A program made the position numbers and the translations under genes. A stretch of 64,000 nucleotides of DNA, from assembly GCA_947457515.1 (NCBI GenBank), contig CANGWC010000001.1, forward strand, positions 34,153-98,152, read 5' to 3'. This DNA is from Silvanigrellaceae bacterium (GTDB lineage Bacteria; Bdellovibrionota_B; Oligoflexia; Silvanigrellales; CANGWC01). How positions within the stretch are numbered: the first letter of the stretch is position 1; the number at the start of each line of letters is the position of its first letter. This document shows positions 18,481-28,073 of this stretch, in pieces. The notes beneath the pieces are model-generated. The model worked only from the letters and a program-made list of their open reading frames with translations, was not told the DNA's origin and ran no database searches.

Positions 18481-19955
18481 TGAGAAATGCTGGAACACTT
18501 CTTCATATCACTTCCCTTCCTCAAAGAAACTTAGGATCAGGTTCTGAGGAATTTATTGATTGGCTTCAAGAGTCTCAACAAAAAGTCTGGCAGATCCTTC
18601 CTTTAAATGCCCTAAGAGATAATCCTTGTCCCTATAATAGTATTTCTGCTTTCGCAGGACATATTGGTCTTCTAGACACTCAAGAACTTGTCTCCATAGG
18701 TCTCCTTGAGAAGGAAATTGAAATTTATCCAAGTTATCGAGATCATCTTCTTCTTTTCGAAAAAAAGATCCTTGAAAATCTTAATCCTGATCTTTCTCAG
18801 TTTATGAAACCTGTGGAAGCTTTTGAAAAGTTGAATCCTTGGTTAGAAGAATATGCTGATTTTGTAGCAGGAAAAGAAGAACATGGTAAAAAAACTTGGT
18901 GGAAATGGCCTAAAGCTCTTCGTAATAGAGAGCCTAAAGCTTTAGAACAACTGAGAGAAAAACATAAAGAACTTATTTGTAAAACTAAAGTTTTACAGTG
19001 GTGTTTTTTCCAGCAGGCTCAAAATCTTCGTGCTCTTTGTGAGAAAAAAGGGATCGAACTTTGGGGAGATATTCCTTATTATATCAGCGGAGATAGTGCT
19101 GATGTTTGGGCACATCCAGAGCTTTTTAAATTACATCCAGAAACCAGAGAAGCTCTCTTTTTCTCTGGCGCTCCTCCAGATAGTTTCGCACCTACAGGAC
19201 AATTATGGGGAACACCTGTTTACGCATGGGATAATCATATTGCTACTGGATTTGACTGGTGGATCAAAAGAGTCTCTACATCTTTGACCTACTGTCATCG
19301 ATTAAGGTTTGACCATTTCAGAGGATTAGAAGCTTACTGGGAAACTCCATGTCCTGCGGCTACAGCAGAACATGGCTACTGGGTAAAAGCTCCTGGTAAA
19401 GAGTTTTTATCGGCTTTAGAAGGGTCCTTAGCTAGACCTTTGCATAGTGTTATGTTTGCGGAAGATCTGGGCGATATTGATGATCCTGTCATCACTTTAA
19501 AAAATCACTTTCATCTAGACGGCATGAATGTCCTTCAGTTTGCTTTTGACCTAAATAGTCTTTCCCCTCATTTACCCCATAATCATATTACAAGAAGTAT
19601 TAGCTATACGGGAACTCACGATAATAATACGACTTTGGGTTGGTGGCAGAAAAATGCGACTCCTATTATGAAAAATAAACTGATGAGATATGGTGGGTTT
19701 AAACATCCTATCCGCAAAGATATTGTTGATATTATGATTCGTATGACTTTAGGGAGTGTGAGTACAACTGCCATTATCCCTATGCAAGATTGGCTTCAGT
19801 TAGATCATCAACATCGTATGAATATTCCAGGTACAGTTAGAGGAAATTGGCTTTGGTCTCTTCCTCATCTTGATCCTCATCTCCCTAAGAAAATTAAAGA
19901 AATGCTGACAGATTACGCCCGATGTCATGTCGAAGTGGATAGTTTGGCATTATAA
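18480..19955 (+). CDS. malQ: 4-alpha-glucanotransferase (amylomaltase)
   Basis: MRNAGTLLHITSLP...WQILPLN...YNSISAFAG is a typical GH77 N-terminus, and the catalytic-region signature RFDHFRG follows later. The ATG at 18480 is the only start near the conserved N-terminus. The ORF-track start at 18420 lies inside the tRNA. Confidence 0.85.
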   Translation: MRNAGTLLHITSLPQRNLGSGSEEFIDWLQESQQKVWQILPLNALRDNPCPYNSISAFAGHIGLLDTQELVSIGLLEKEIEIYPSYRDHLLLFEKKILENLNPDLSQFMKPVEAFEKLNPWLEEYADFVAGKEEHGKKTWWKWPKALRNREPKALEQLREKHKELICKTKVLQWCFFQQAQNLRALCEKKGIELWGDIPYYISGDSADVWAHPELFKLHPETREALFFSGAPPDSFAPTGQLWGTPVYAWDNHIATGFDWWIKRVSTSLTYCHRLRFDHFRGLEAYWETPCPAATAEHGYWVKAPGKEFLSALEGSLARPLHSVMFAEDLGDIDDPVITLKNHFHLDGMNVLQFAFDLNSLSPHLPHNHITRSISYTGTHDNNTTLGWWQKNATPIMKNKLMRYGGFKHPIRKDIVDIMIRMTLGSVSTTAIIPMQDWLQLDHQHRMNIPGTVRGNWLWSLPHLDPHLPKKIKEMLTDYARCHVEVDSLAL

Positions 19956-20325
19956 TCTGTTTCCCTTGTCTTGTTTTATGATTCACAATAAGGGGTGCTT
20001 TCAAATTTAACCTTGGTTTAGGGTAAAGATTGACGATGACACCTACCCAAATTTCATCTGGGTGCTCTATACCTAAGAAAAGCGCGTCATCATTCTCTAA
20101 TTGAACTTTATAATCTATTTTAAGATGTTTGGGATCCACAATAACAAAAGCGAAATCATCATCATCTAAAGATTGAATCCACTGAAAATAAGAATTCTTC
20201 CGTGCGTGATCTAATAATACAAACTTCTGAAGCTCTGGGAACCCTATGATTCCATTTGAAAAATAGAGAATATTTGTATCATCATATTCGATTTCTCCAA
20301 ATCTTGCAGTCATTTTTCGATTCAT
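19894..20325 (-). CDS. fliW: Flagellar assembly factor FliW
   Basis: FSNGIIGFPELQKFVLL...WIQSLDDDDFAFVIVDP...NLKAPLIVN follows the FliW pattern. Its 3' end overlaps the malQ 3' end by 62 nt. Confidence 0.8.
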   Translation of the reverse strand: MNRKMTARFGEIEYDDTNILYFSNGIIGFPELQKFVLLDHARKNSYFQWIQSLDDDDFAFVIVDPKHLKIDYKVQLENDDALFLGIEHPDEIWVGVIVNLYPKPRLNLKAPLIVNHKTRQGKQIIMPNYPLRHDIGRNLSAFL

Positions 20326-20403
20326 TTCTACATTCTAATCAAAAAAAAAATAATAATACCGATAAGATTATGACAACTGAGTTTACATAGGTTCAATTCA
20401 TTT

Positions 20404-20637
20404 ATGAATAAACTACAATATCTTCTGGATAAAAATATTAAACAATTAGGTAATATTCAAAACGTTATTTTACGGGATACTATTTTTAAAGATAAGAATA
20501 AAAAAATTTCTCCCATCTACACCGCTCAGCTTCAAAGAGAATTTTCTCAATGTTTAAAAAATATTTTTTTAATCCAGAAACGTATCCGACGACAAGAGAT
20601 CTCTGATAATAACTCTGGGGACTCCCAAACTCCTTAG
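20404..20637 (+). CDS. Small hypothetical protein divergent from fliW (doubtful)
   Basis: ORF only, 77 aa, with a weak SD. The C-terminal 69 nt are antisense to the adenylate-kinase-like gene. A sigma-28-like CCGATAA lies 38 nt upstream. Confidence 0.25.
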   Translation: MNKLQYLLDKNIKQLGNIQNVILRDTIFKDKNKKISPIYTAQLQREFSQCLKNIFLIQKRIRRQEISDNNSGDSQTP

Positions 20638-21501
20638 AGCACTGACAACAACATTGTGAATAGACTGTTGTAAATTTAACTTTAATTCTCCATTAACATC
20701 TTTTACATAAACAGGTTGATGAGCATCAATTAAAGCAACGGATTCTGTACCAAGTTGTATTTTTAAGTAATCCACACTGGGTTGTACGTTCTCGGTATAA
20801 AACTGATATCTACTGATAAGAGAAGCATGAGCATCGTCTTCTCTTCCTCGCTGTAAAGCTCGATTCATCATTTCTTGCTTACTGATACTCAGATGTAAAA
20901 TTTTGATAATAGGAAGTCGAAATTTTTTAAGAATAGAGATCAGATGTTCTGCAGCAACAACGGTTCTAGGATATCCATCTAAAATAAAGGGCTGATTTCT
21001 TAAATACGTTGAAGTTTCAATATATGACTCTAAAAAACTTTGCGTCCATCGGTTAGGGACTAAAAGTCCTTGTATTGTACAGAACTCTAACCATTCAACT
21101 TGTGAAAGAAACTGATGAACATTTTCTCTGTTATAATATTTAGCTAAAGCTTCATGATGACTTAAAACTTTACGAGTTAAGTCTGGAGTTGTATCTAAGC
21201 ATTCAAAAATATTTGTAGACTGACTGATCTGATACTTCTCTTGAAGAACTAATGAATAATTTTGATCTTCTTTTGCTCGTTGAAAGGTACTTCTTAAGAT
21301 CTCTCCCATAGAAAGATGTGCTTCTTTAGGGATCGACATCACTCTTCTTAAAGCAGCAGCAACTTCACCTTTGCCACAACTGGAAGGTCCCGTTAGGATA
21401 AGGACTCCACCCCCCTTTAAAGAGACTTTTTCAACTTGAACTTTAGATTCTAATTTAAGGTATGCTTGATATTCCAATGTTCTGAACCTCCTGCCATGCA
21501 T
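20569..21501 (-). CDS. Adenylate kinase/NMP kinase-family protein with a large insertion
   Basis: P-loop LTGPSSCGKG, HLSMGEILR (compare ISTGDMLR), PFILDGYPRT (compare LLDGFPRT) and RGREDD. About 70-100 extra residues separate the NMP-binding motifs. Confidence 0.6.
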   Translation of the reverse strand: MHGRRFRTLEYQAYLKLESKVQVEKVSLKGGGVLILTGPSSCGKGEVAAALRRVMSIPKEAHLSMGEILRSTFQRAKEDQNYSLVLQEKYQISQSTNIFECLDTTPDLTRKVLSHHEALAKYYNRENVHQFLSQVEWLEFCTIQGLLVPNRWTQSFLESYIETSTYLRNQPFILDGYPRTVVAAEHLISILKKFRLPIIKILHLSISKQEMMNRALQRGREDDAHASLISRYQFYTENVQPSVDYLKIQLGTESVALIDAHQPVYVKDVNGELKLNLQQSIHNVVVSALRSLGVPRVIIRDLLSSDTFLD

Positions 21502-22363
21502 TCATAACTTTAGAGTGTAATGATGCTTCTAAAGTCATAAGTGGCAAACGGTACTCAGCATGACACAAACCTTGCTTTTCCATCAACCATTTTACAGGAA
21601 TAGGATTAGGCGCGCAAAATAATACTTGATGAAATTTAAAAAGACTTAAATGAAACTGATTTAATTTATCAAAGTCTTTTGATTCAAAAGCATCCCAAAC
21701 AGCTCTAAGAATGTGCGGAATCATATTTGAAGAAACAGATATGATTCCCTGACAACCACAGATCAAACCCGGAATAAAAAGAGGATCGTCTCCAGATAAG
21801 ATATTTACGTCTTTGAATTGTTTTGAAACTTGAATAAAATCTGTTGTCGTTTGAAGGTTCCCACTAGCTTCTTTTAAAGTATTACAGTTAGAATTTTGAG
21901 CTATAATTCTTGCAAATGATTCTGGTTCTAAGTGAACCCCGGTTCTTCCAGGAACATTATAAAGACATAAAGATATTGGGGAAATAGTTTTAGCGAGATG
22001 GTTGAAGTGTGCTTCAATCCCCGCAGCATGTGGCTTATTATAGTAGGGAGTTGCTGACATAATAGCATCAGGTTTTTGTTTAAGTTTACTTAAAATTATC
22101 TGAGCTTTCGCAGAGGTACGAATCGTATCATTTCCTCCTATCCCTAAAACGATTTTAAAATCAGAACTTTGATATTCTAAAGCAACGGATATTAATACTG
22201 TAAGTTCCTCATCAGTCAGAGTCGGACTCTCTCCTGTGGTGCCTCCCACAACAACACCATGAACTTTATTCTTCTTTTGAAAATCTAAGATTTTATGCCA
22301 AGCCTTAATATCTATTTTATCTTCAGCAAAAGGTGTGATTAAAGCTGTATAAATTCCCTTCAT
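21455..22363 (-). CDS. dapA: 4-hydroxy-tetrahydrodipicolinate synthase
   Basis: GIYTALITPF...GVVVGGTTGESPTLT...YNVPGRTG are DapA motifs. The probable start is MKGIY at 22363. Confidence 0.85.
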   Translation of the reverse strand: MKGIYTALITPFAEDKIDIKAWHKILDFQKKNKVHGVVVGGTTGESPTLTDEELTVLISVALEYQSSDFKIVLGIGGNDTIRTSAKAQIILSKLKQKPDAIMSATPYYNKPHAAGIEAHFNHLAKTISPISLCLYNVPGRTGVHLEPESFARIIAQNSNCNTLKEASGNLQTTTDFIQVSKQFKDVNILSGDDPLFIPGLICGCQGIISVSSNMIPHILRAVWDAFESKDFDKLNQFHLSLFKFHQVLFCAPNPIPVKWLMEKQGLCHAEYRLPLMTLEASLHSKVMNAWQEVQNIGISSIP

Positions 22364-23598
22364 TTTTTCATTCCTATCCATGATTTCATAAAATGATACG
22401 CTACCATTAATTGCTGATCTTCCTGAAGCTTTTTAGGCCAGCTTAAAAAAACTTTTTCATCTTTCTGCTCAATATAATCTTTAGCCTCTATATGACCTTT
22501 AAGATCAGATTCTTTTAGAAACGACTGCTTTAAATTTGATTGATTATCTAAATACAGATCGGGGGTAATGCCCTTTGCCTGTATACTTCTACCTTTAGGA
22601 GTAAAGTAACGTCCAATAGTGACTTTCAAACCTCCTCCATTACTGAGGGGAAACACTGATTGAACACTGCCTTTACCAAAAGTGGTACTTCCGGCAATCA
22701 GAGCTCTTTTATGATCTTGTAAAGCACCAGCGACGATTTCACTGGCACTGGCAGAACCTCCATTTACAAGAACAATAAGATGCATGTAAGGATGTGCATA
22801 ATTTTGAATTGCATATTCAACTTCTTGTTTTTGAGGATCTCTTCCTACAGTAGAGACAATGATACCTGAATTCACAAAAAGGTTACTTATTTTCACGGCA
22901 GAATTTAAGAGACCTCCGGGATTATCTCTCAGATCAAGAATCAAACCTTTTAAGCCTTTTTTTTCTTGTTTTAAAAGAATTTGATGTATTTTTTCAGGGC
23001 TATCTTCTTGAAAACTATTCAACTTAATATAGAAAAACCCTGAGGATAATTCCGCATCATAAGTATTAGCAACTTCTATGACTTCTCTTCTTAAAGTGGC
23101 TTTCATGATCACTTTGTTTCTTAACCATTCAATTTGAAGTGTAGATCCTGGTTTTCCTCGAAGATGATTCATGGCTAACTCTAAGTTATCTGCTGTAATC
23201 AAAAGTTCATCAATTTTAGTCAGTATATCACCGGGTAAGAGGTGAGCTTTTTCTGCGGGAGAGTTAGGCATCACATCTATCACTTCGATTTTCTTTTTTT
23301 CTAATGTAATGGAAACCCCAATGCCTCCAAATTTACCTGAAGTATCTTGATTGAGTTCTTTAAGTTCTGAAGGGCTTAAAACTCTTGTATGTGGATCAAG
23401 ATCTGAGGCCATATTTTTTATGACTTTATCGATAATTTTATTATCTTTCACAGAATCTTCATCTACATAAGCAGATTCTAAGAGCCTTAAAACCTGAGCA
23501 AATGTATCTAAGGATTCATATCTTTGAGTGCTTTTGTTAAGAATTGATGTATCGGAGTAAAGAGGATAGAAACAAAGTAGAGTCAGAATAAAATACAC
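22360..23598 (-). CDS. ctpA: Carboxy-terminal processing protease (S41, with PDZ domain)
   Basis: PDZ domain (GIGVSITLEKKKIEVIDVMPNSPAEKAHLLPGDIL), LILDLRDNPGG, VLVNGGSASASEIVAGAL and TFGKGSVQ. The start is GTG. Confidence 0.85.
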   Translation of the reverse strand: MYFILTLLCFYPLYSDTSILNKSTQRYESLDTFAQVLRLLESAYVDEDSVKDNKIIDKVIKNMASDLDPHTRVLSPSELKELNQDTSGKFGGIGVSITLEKKKIEVIDVMPNSPAEKAHLLPGDILTKIDELLITADNLELAMNHLRGKPGSTLQIEWLRNKVIMKATLRREVIEVANTYDAELSSGFFYIKLNSFQEDSPEKIHQILLKQEKKGLKGLILDLRDNPGGLLNSAVKISNLFVNSGIIVSTVGRDPQKQEVEYAIQNYAHPYMHLIVLVNGGSASASEIVAGALQDHKRALIAGSTTFGKGSVQSVFPLSNGGGLKVTIGRYFTPKGRSIQAKGITPDLYLDNQSNLKQSFLKESDLKGHIEAKDYIEQKDEKVFLSWPKKLQEDQQLMVAYHFMKSWIGMKK

Positions 23599-23600
23599 AA

Positions 23601-24350
23601 TTATCCTTTAAGAAGAGAACGCATATATTCCTGATTGAGTCGTGCGATATTATCTAAACTAATATCCTTAGGACAGGCTCCTGCACAACTTCCCATGTTT
23701 GTACAACTTCCAAAACCTTCATCATCCATTTGAGTCATCATATTTTGAACTCGACGACTTCTTTCAGGATCTCCTTGAGGAAGAAGGGCTAAGTGAGACA
23801 CTTTAGCTCCCACAAAAAGCATTGCAGAACCGTTACGACAAGCAGCAACACAAGCTCCACAACCAATACATGCTGCAGAGTCCATTGCCATTTCCGCTGC
23901 TATTTTAGAGATAGGCGTTGCATTAGCATCTACGGAAGACCCTGTATCTACAGAAACATAACCACCACTTGCTATAATCCTATCGAAAGCAGATCTGTTC
24001 ACAACAAGATCTTTAATGAGAGGAAATGCTTTTGCCCTAAATGGTTCAATGACTAATTGTGAACCATTAGGAAATTTTCTCATAAAAATCTGACAGGATG
24101 TTGTTCCTGAATCTGGTCCATGGGGATTACCATTAATAACTAAAGAACAAGATCCACAGATACCTTCTCGACAATCATGATCAAAGGAAACTGGATCTTC
24201 TCCCTTAATAGCGAGTTGTTGATTTAAGACATCTAACATTTCTAATAAAGTCATATCAGAATGAATATTATCTATGGAATAATTCTCAAATTTACCTTCC
24301 GATTGAGAGTTTTTCTGACGCCAAATTTTAAGATGATATTGATGACTCAT
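23601..24350 (-). CDS. sdhB: Succinate dehydrogenase/fumarate reductase iron-sulfur subunit
   Basis: Cys clusters are [21 protein letters not shown] and [12 protein letters not shown]. Confidence 0.9.
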   Translation of the reverse strand: MSHQYHLKIWRQKNSQSEGKFENYSIDNIHSDMTLLEMLDVLNQQLAIKGEDPVSFDHDCREGICGSCSLVINGNPHGPDSGTTSCQIFMRKFPNGSQLVIEPFRAKAFPLIKDLVVNRSAFDRIIASGGYVSVDTGSSVDANATPISKIAAEMAMDSAACIGCGACVAACRNGSAMLFVGAKVSHLALLPQGDPERSRRVQNMMTQMDDEGFGSCTNMGSCAGACPKDISLDNIARLNQEYMRSLLKG

Positions 24351-24358
24351 ATTTTTCC

Positions 24359-26269
24359 TTATTTGTAACTTCTAGTTTGTAAATGAATGTTTTCAAAATT
24401 AAGTTGCTCTGTATGACGAATAGAATTTTTTTCATTGTATTCCCAAGCAGCCACGTGACAAAATTTTTCATCATCTCGTAATGCTTCAGAATCTGATGTT
24501 TGATATTCTGTCCTAAAATGGCCGCCACAAGATTCTTTTCTTTCAAGAGCATCTCTTGCCATAAGTTCACCTAATTCCATAAAATCAGCGACCCTGCCTG
24601 CTTTTTCTAATTCATTATTCAGTTGATTCTCATCCCCAGGAATTAGAATATCATTCCAGAATTCTTCTTTTAACTTAGGAATTTCTTCGAGAAGTTTCTT
24701 AAGGCCTGATTCATTCCGAGACATCCCACAATCATCCCACATAAGTTTCCCAAGTCGCTTATGAAACATTTCAGCAGTCTGAGTTCCTTTAATCTTGATG
24801 AGTTGAGAAGTTGTTTTTTTGACTTCATTTTCAGCCTCAGCAAAATTCGGATGTTGAGTATCAACTTTAACGATGCTTTGAGTCGCAATATAATTAGGTA
24901 GAGTTACGGGAATCACAAAGTAACCATCGGCTAAACCTTGCATAAGAGCAGATGCTCCTAAACGATTCGCTCCATGATCTGAGAAATTAGCCTCACCCAA
25001 AACAAATAAACCGGGTAATGTAGATTGAAGATTATAATCTACCCATAATCCTCCCATAGTATAATGAACCGCAGGATAGATACGCATAGGAGTCTTGTAA
25101 GGATCTTCTGTTGTAATTTTTTGATACATATCGAAAAGATTGCCGTATTTCATACGGATACTATCATGACCCTCTCTTTTAATAGAATCAGCAAAGTCTA
25201 AATAAACAGAAAGATGAGAAGAGCCAACGCCTTTACCTTCGTCACAAACATGCTTAGCAGCTCTAGATGCCACATCCCGTGGAGCTAAATTACCAAAACT
25301 TGGATAAATTCTTTCTAGATAATAATCTCGTTCATTTTCAGGAATCTGATGGGGAGGTCTATTATCTCCCTTCTTGAGAGGTACCCAAACACGTCCCGCA
25401 TTTCTTAAAGATTCAGACATAAGAGTTAACTTTGACTGGTGATCTCCAGATACTGGAATACAAGTGGGGTGTATTTGTGTGAAACAAGGATTTGCGAAAG
25501 CAGCACCTCTTTTATGGGCTCTCCATACAGCAGAAGCATTAGAAGCTTTAGCATTTGTCGAAAGATAAAAAACATTACCATATCCACCAGTTGCAAGGAC
25601 AACGGCATCTCCAGCGTATCTTTCAAGTTCTCCGGTCACAAGATTTCTCACAATAATGCCTCGGGCAATATCATTGATTTTAACAACATCCATCATTTCT
25701 CTTCGAGGATAGATTTCTACTCTTCCTTCGTGAGCTTGCCTCTCTAAAGCTTGATAAGCTCCTAAAAGGAGTTGTTGTCCTGTTTGACCTCGAGCGTAGA
25801 ATGTACGGGAAACTTGAGTTCCTCCAAATGATCTGTTGCTGAGAAGACCTCCGTATTCACGGGCAAATGGAATACCTTGAGCCACACACTGATCGATGAT
25901 TTTAACTGAAATTTCTGCTAACCGATAAACATTAGCTTCACGGGCACGGAAATCTCCTCCCTTAATTGTGTCATAAAATAATCTTTGAACAGAATCCCCA
26001 TCATTTTGGTAATTTTTAGCTGCATTAATACCACCCTGTGCAGCTATAGAATGCGCCCTTCGTGGTGAATCATGAATTCCAAATATTTTAACGTTGTAAC
26101 CAGCTTCAGCTAAACTTGCAGCAGCTGAAGAGCCTGCTAATCCTGTTCCTACAATCAGAATTGTATGTTTTCTCCGATTAGTAGGATTGACAAGATGACT
26201 TTCAAATTTATGGTTAGACCATTTGTCTTGTAATGGTCCATTGGGAATATGACTTTTAAAATCTAACAT
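24359..26269 (-). CDS. sdhA: Succinate dehydrogenase/fumarate reductase flavoprotein subunit
   Basis: The FAD fold [26 protein letters not shown] (the His that binds FAD covalently), HPTCIP and [10 protein letters not shown] are present. Confidence 0.9.
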   Translation of the reverse strand: MLDFKSHIPNGPLQDKWSNHKFESHLVNPTNRRKHTILIVGTGLAGSSAAASLAEAGYNVKIFGIHDSPRRAHSIAAQGGINAAKNYQNDGDSVQRLFYDTIKGGDFRAREANVYRLAEISVKIIDQCVAQGIPFAREYGGLLSNRSFGGTQVSRTFYARGQTGQQLLLGAYQALERQAHEGRVEIYPRREMMDVVKINDIARGIIVRNLVTGELERYAGDAVVLATGGYGNVFYLSTNAKASNASAVWRAHKRGAAFANPCFTQIHPTCIPVSGDHQSKLTLMSESLRNAGRVWVPLKKGDNRPPHQIPENERDYYLERIYPSFGNLAPRDVASRAAKHVCDEGKGVGSSHLSVYLDFADSIKREGHDSIRMKYGNLFDMYQKITTEDPYKTPMRIYPAVHYTMGGLWVDYNLQSTLPGLFVLGEANFSDHGANRLGASALMQGLADGYFVIPVTLPNYIATQSIVKVDTQHPNFAEAENEVKKTTSQLIKIKGTQTAEMFHKRLGKLMWDDCGMSRNESGLKKLLEEIPKLKEEFWNDILIPGDENQLNNELEKAGRVADFMELGELMARDALERKESCGGHFRTEYQTSDSEALRDDEKFCHVAAWEYNEKNSIRHTEQLNFENIHLQTRSYK

Positions 26270-26271
26270 AT

Positions 26272-26931
26272 CTAGCCTCTATAAAAAAAATACATGAAAA
26301 TAGGCTGTGCCATAAAACCTAATGCAACAATAATAGCATAAAAATAACCTATGATTTTTATAATATTTCTAGATTTACCATGGATAAGTCCTAAAGATTG
26401 AAATCCTGAAGACACTCCATGGGATAAATGTACACCCACAAAAAAAAGAGATATAATATACCAAATGACATAGTTAGGATTATGAAACACTTCTACAACT
26501 AAACGAAAGATATCTCTCATTTCTTTGTCCTCATATTTTACCATATACAATGTTCCATATTTGAAAGTGATCAAATGTGTAATGAGAAAAGCCAACATAA
26601 AGCTTCCCGTATAAGCCATGGATTGAGAAGAAAATGAAGCTCCTTTATTCCTTGTAGGTTTGACTGAGTAGGTAAGCGGCTTAGAGCAGTATCTATTTTT
26701 AAAAAAAAGAAAAAGACCTGTAAAAGAATGACCTAGAATTGTAAGAACTAGACCTGCTTCAGCTATATAAATTAAAGGGTTAGAAACTAGAAAATGACTA
26801 TAGGTATTATACGCTTTAGCTCCTGAAAATATTAACATATTACCTATCATATGCGTCATAACAAAAAGAGCCCAAGCCCATCCAGTCAGAGCCATAATCC
26901 ACTTATAGGCTATAGAATTCATATATTTCAT
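26272..26931 (-). CDS. sdhC: Succinate dehydrogenase cytochrome b subunit (single large, five-helix type)
   Basis: 219 aa with five hydrophobic helices carrying conserved His residues. It lies directly upstream of sdhA, and no sdhD follows. Confidence 0.75.
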   Translation of the reverse strand: MKYMNSIAYKWIMALTGWAWALFVMTHMIGNMLIFSGAKAYNTYSHFLVSNPLIYIAEAGLVLTILGHSFTGLFLFFKNRYCSKPLTYSVKPTRNKGASFSSQSMAYTGSFMLAFLITHLITFKYGTLYMVKYEDKEMRDIFRLVVEVFHNPNYVIWYIISLFFVGVHLSHGVSSGFQSLGLIHGKSRNIIKIIGYFYAIIVALGFMAQPIFMYFFYRG

Positions 26932-26959
26932 CGTGATTAAACCTTTCCTACATTTTAAA

Positions 26960-26983
26960 ATACTGTTTTTAAGATACTGTTTT
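26960..26983. promoter_or_regulatory. Direct repeat atactgtttt x2 (14-nt period) in the sdhC / ORF-27090 divergent intergenic region
   Basis: Read directly: 26960..26969 and 26974..26983. Function unknown. Confidence 0.3.
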
Positions 26984-26989
26984 ATGGAA

Positions 26990-27016
26990 TCGCCATCTAC
27001 CCTTTATATATGGCGA
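26990..27016. promoter_or_regulatory. Inverted repeat TCGCCAT-N13-ATGGCGA flanking a TATATA element upstream of sdhC
   Basis: The arms are 26990..26996 and 27010..27016 and the spacer is ctaccctttatat. This is a candidate operator or 5'-UTR hairpin. Confidence 0.3.
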
Positions 27017-27089
27017 AAATCGATTTGCCACTTTTCTCAAAAAAAGGGTTGGAATTTTAGTATATTTTTTATAAATTGATTTTAAACAC

Positions 27090-28073
27090 ATGCGTTTTTT
27101 ATTTTTTACCCTTTTACTTGTTCGTTGTTCGACGTCTGTATCTCGTACCAATGCTATCACATATAATGGCGTACATGGAATCAAAAGAGCCTATCTAGCT
27201 TATCAACAAGTTCCCGACTTTCCAGATAAAATCTCTCTGTATATTGTTATTTGTAGAGGAGAGCATCCAAACCCACATCATTTGATACCTATCAATCAAA
27301 AAAATGATGATGATAGTAATAATAAATCAGATGTTATCTATAAAGCTCTTGATGAAAGAACTCATCTCTCAGAATTTATTTCTATGCCTAAATCCAAAAA
27401 TCGTGACTGTAAAATCATGCTTGGCAAAGAAGGCAGAGCCTTTACAATACTTCCTAGAAATTCTAAGCGTCCTTTTGACTGGAATCTTAAGTCTGTTTCA
27501 GATTTTACTGATATATTTTCAATTATGTTTGCTGCTGTTAAATTTGGATTAAGAACTCATGAAGTTTTTTTTAATATGGAAAAAATTAAAACTCCTGATA
27601 TGAATGAATTTAATACTTTTCGCAAAATGATAGCTCTTTATCCTAAAACTCTCCAAAGAGAATCCGTGAGTTACCCTCAAAATCAACCTAAATATATTGC
27701 AGATATTGAATGGGTAGGACGCCTCAAATCATCTGTTTTATGGCCATTTACGTGGATGACATTTGTTTGGTTTGCTTGGCGAGCATTCGATGCTATTCAA
27801 TCATCAGAGGAAGCTTATGTAAGAAGTGCTTTCTATAATCACTGGAAAAAAGTAAATACCCCTCTCTCTGAACTTGAATCCGTTGTCAAAAATTTTAATC
27901 AAAATCATGTCGTGATAGAGAGAAAACTTATGATTTTATTTCTTCTTGATATTATATCTCGAAATCCTATTGATTTGTTCCCATTAATCGAACATTATCC
28001 ATTATCCTACCTCAGTAAAGTACATGTTAAATATTCTGTTTTACCACTACCACCACAGGATTTAGATCAATGA
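27090..28073 (+). CDS. Hypothetical signal-peptide plus late-TM protein, paralog A
   Basis: 327 aa. The N-terminus is MRFLFFTLLLVRCSTS. A hydrophobic helix VLWPFTWMTFVWFAWRAF lies near residue 215. It shares motifs with the next ORF. Confidence 0.55.
   Translation: MRFLFFTLLLVRCSTSVSRTNAITYNGVHGIKRAYLAYQQVPDFPDKISLYIVICRGEHPNPHHLIPINQKNDDDSNNKSDVIYKALDERTHLSEFISMPKSKNRDCKIMLGKEGRAFTILPRNSKRPFDWNLKSVSDFTDIFSIMFAAVKFGLRTHEVFFNMEKIKTPDMNEFNTFRKMIALYPKTLQRESVSYPQNQPKYIADIEWVGRLKSSVLWPFTWMTFVWFAWRAFDAIQSSEEAYVRSAFYNHWKKVNTPLSELESVVKNFNQNHVVIERKLMILFLLDIISRNPIDLFPLIEHYPLSYLSKVHVKYSVLPLPPQDLDQ

Noticed and set aside
18306-18524. 72-aa minus-strand ORF, and the 18420 start of the malQ ORF
   Set aside because: Both are read across tRNA-Phe and tRNA-Thr. 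The tRNA cloverleaves are unambiguous, and the conserved MalQ N-terminus begins at 18480.
24328-25747. Several 66-102-aa ORFs inside or antisense to sdhA (24328..24570, 24670..24888, 25426..25626, 25439..25747)
   Set aside because: They are nested in a strongly supported sdhA frame, have low-complexity translations, and show no start signals.
26969-27184. 71-aa minus-strand ORF spanning the sdhC upstream region
   Set aside because: It covers the divergent promoter region and the start of ORF 27090, so it is better explained as non-coding control sequence.
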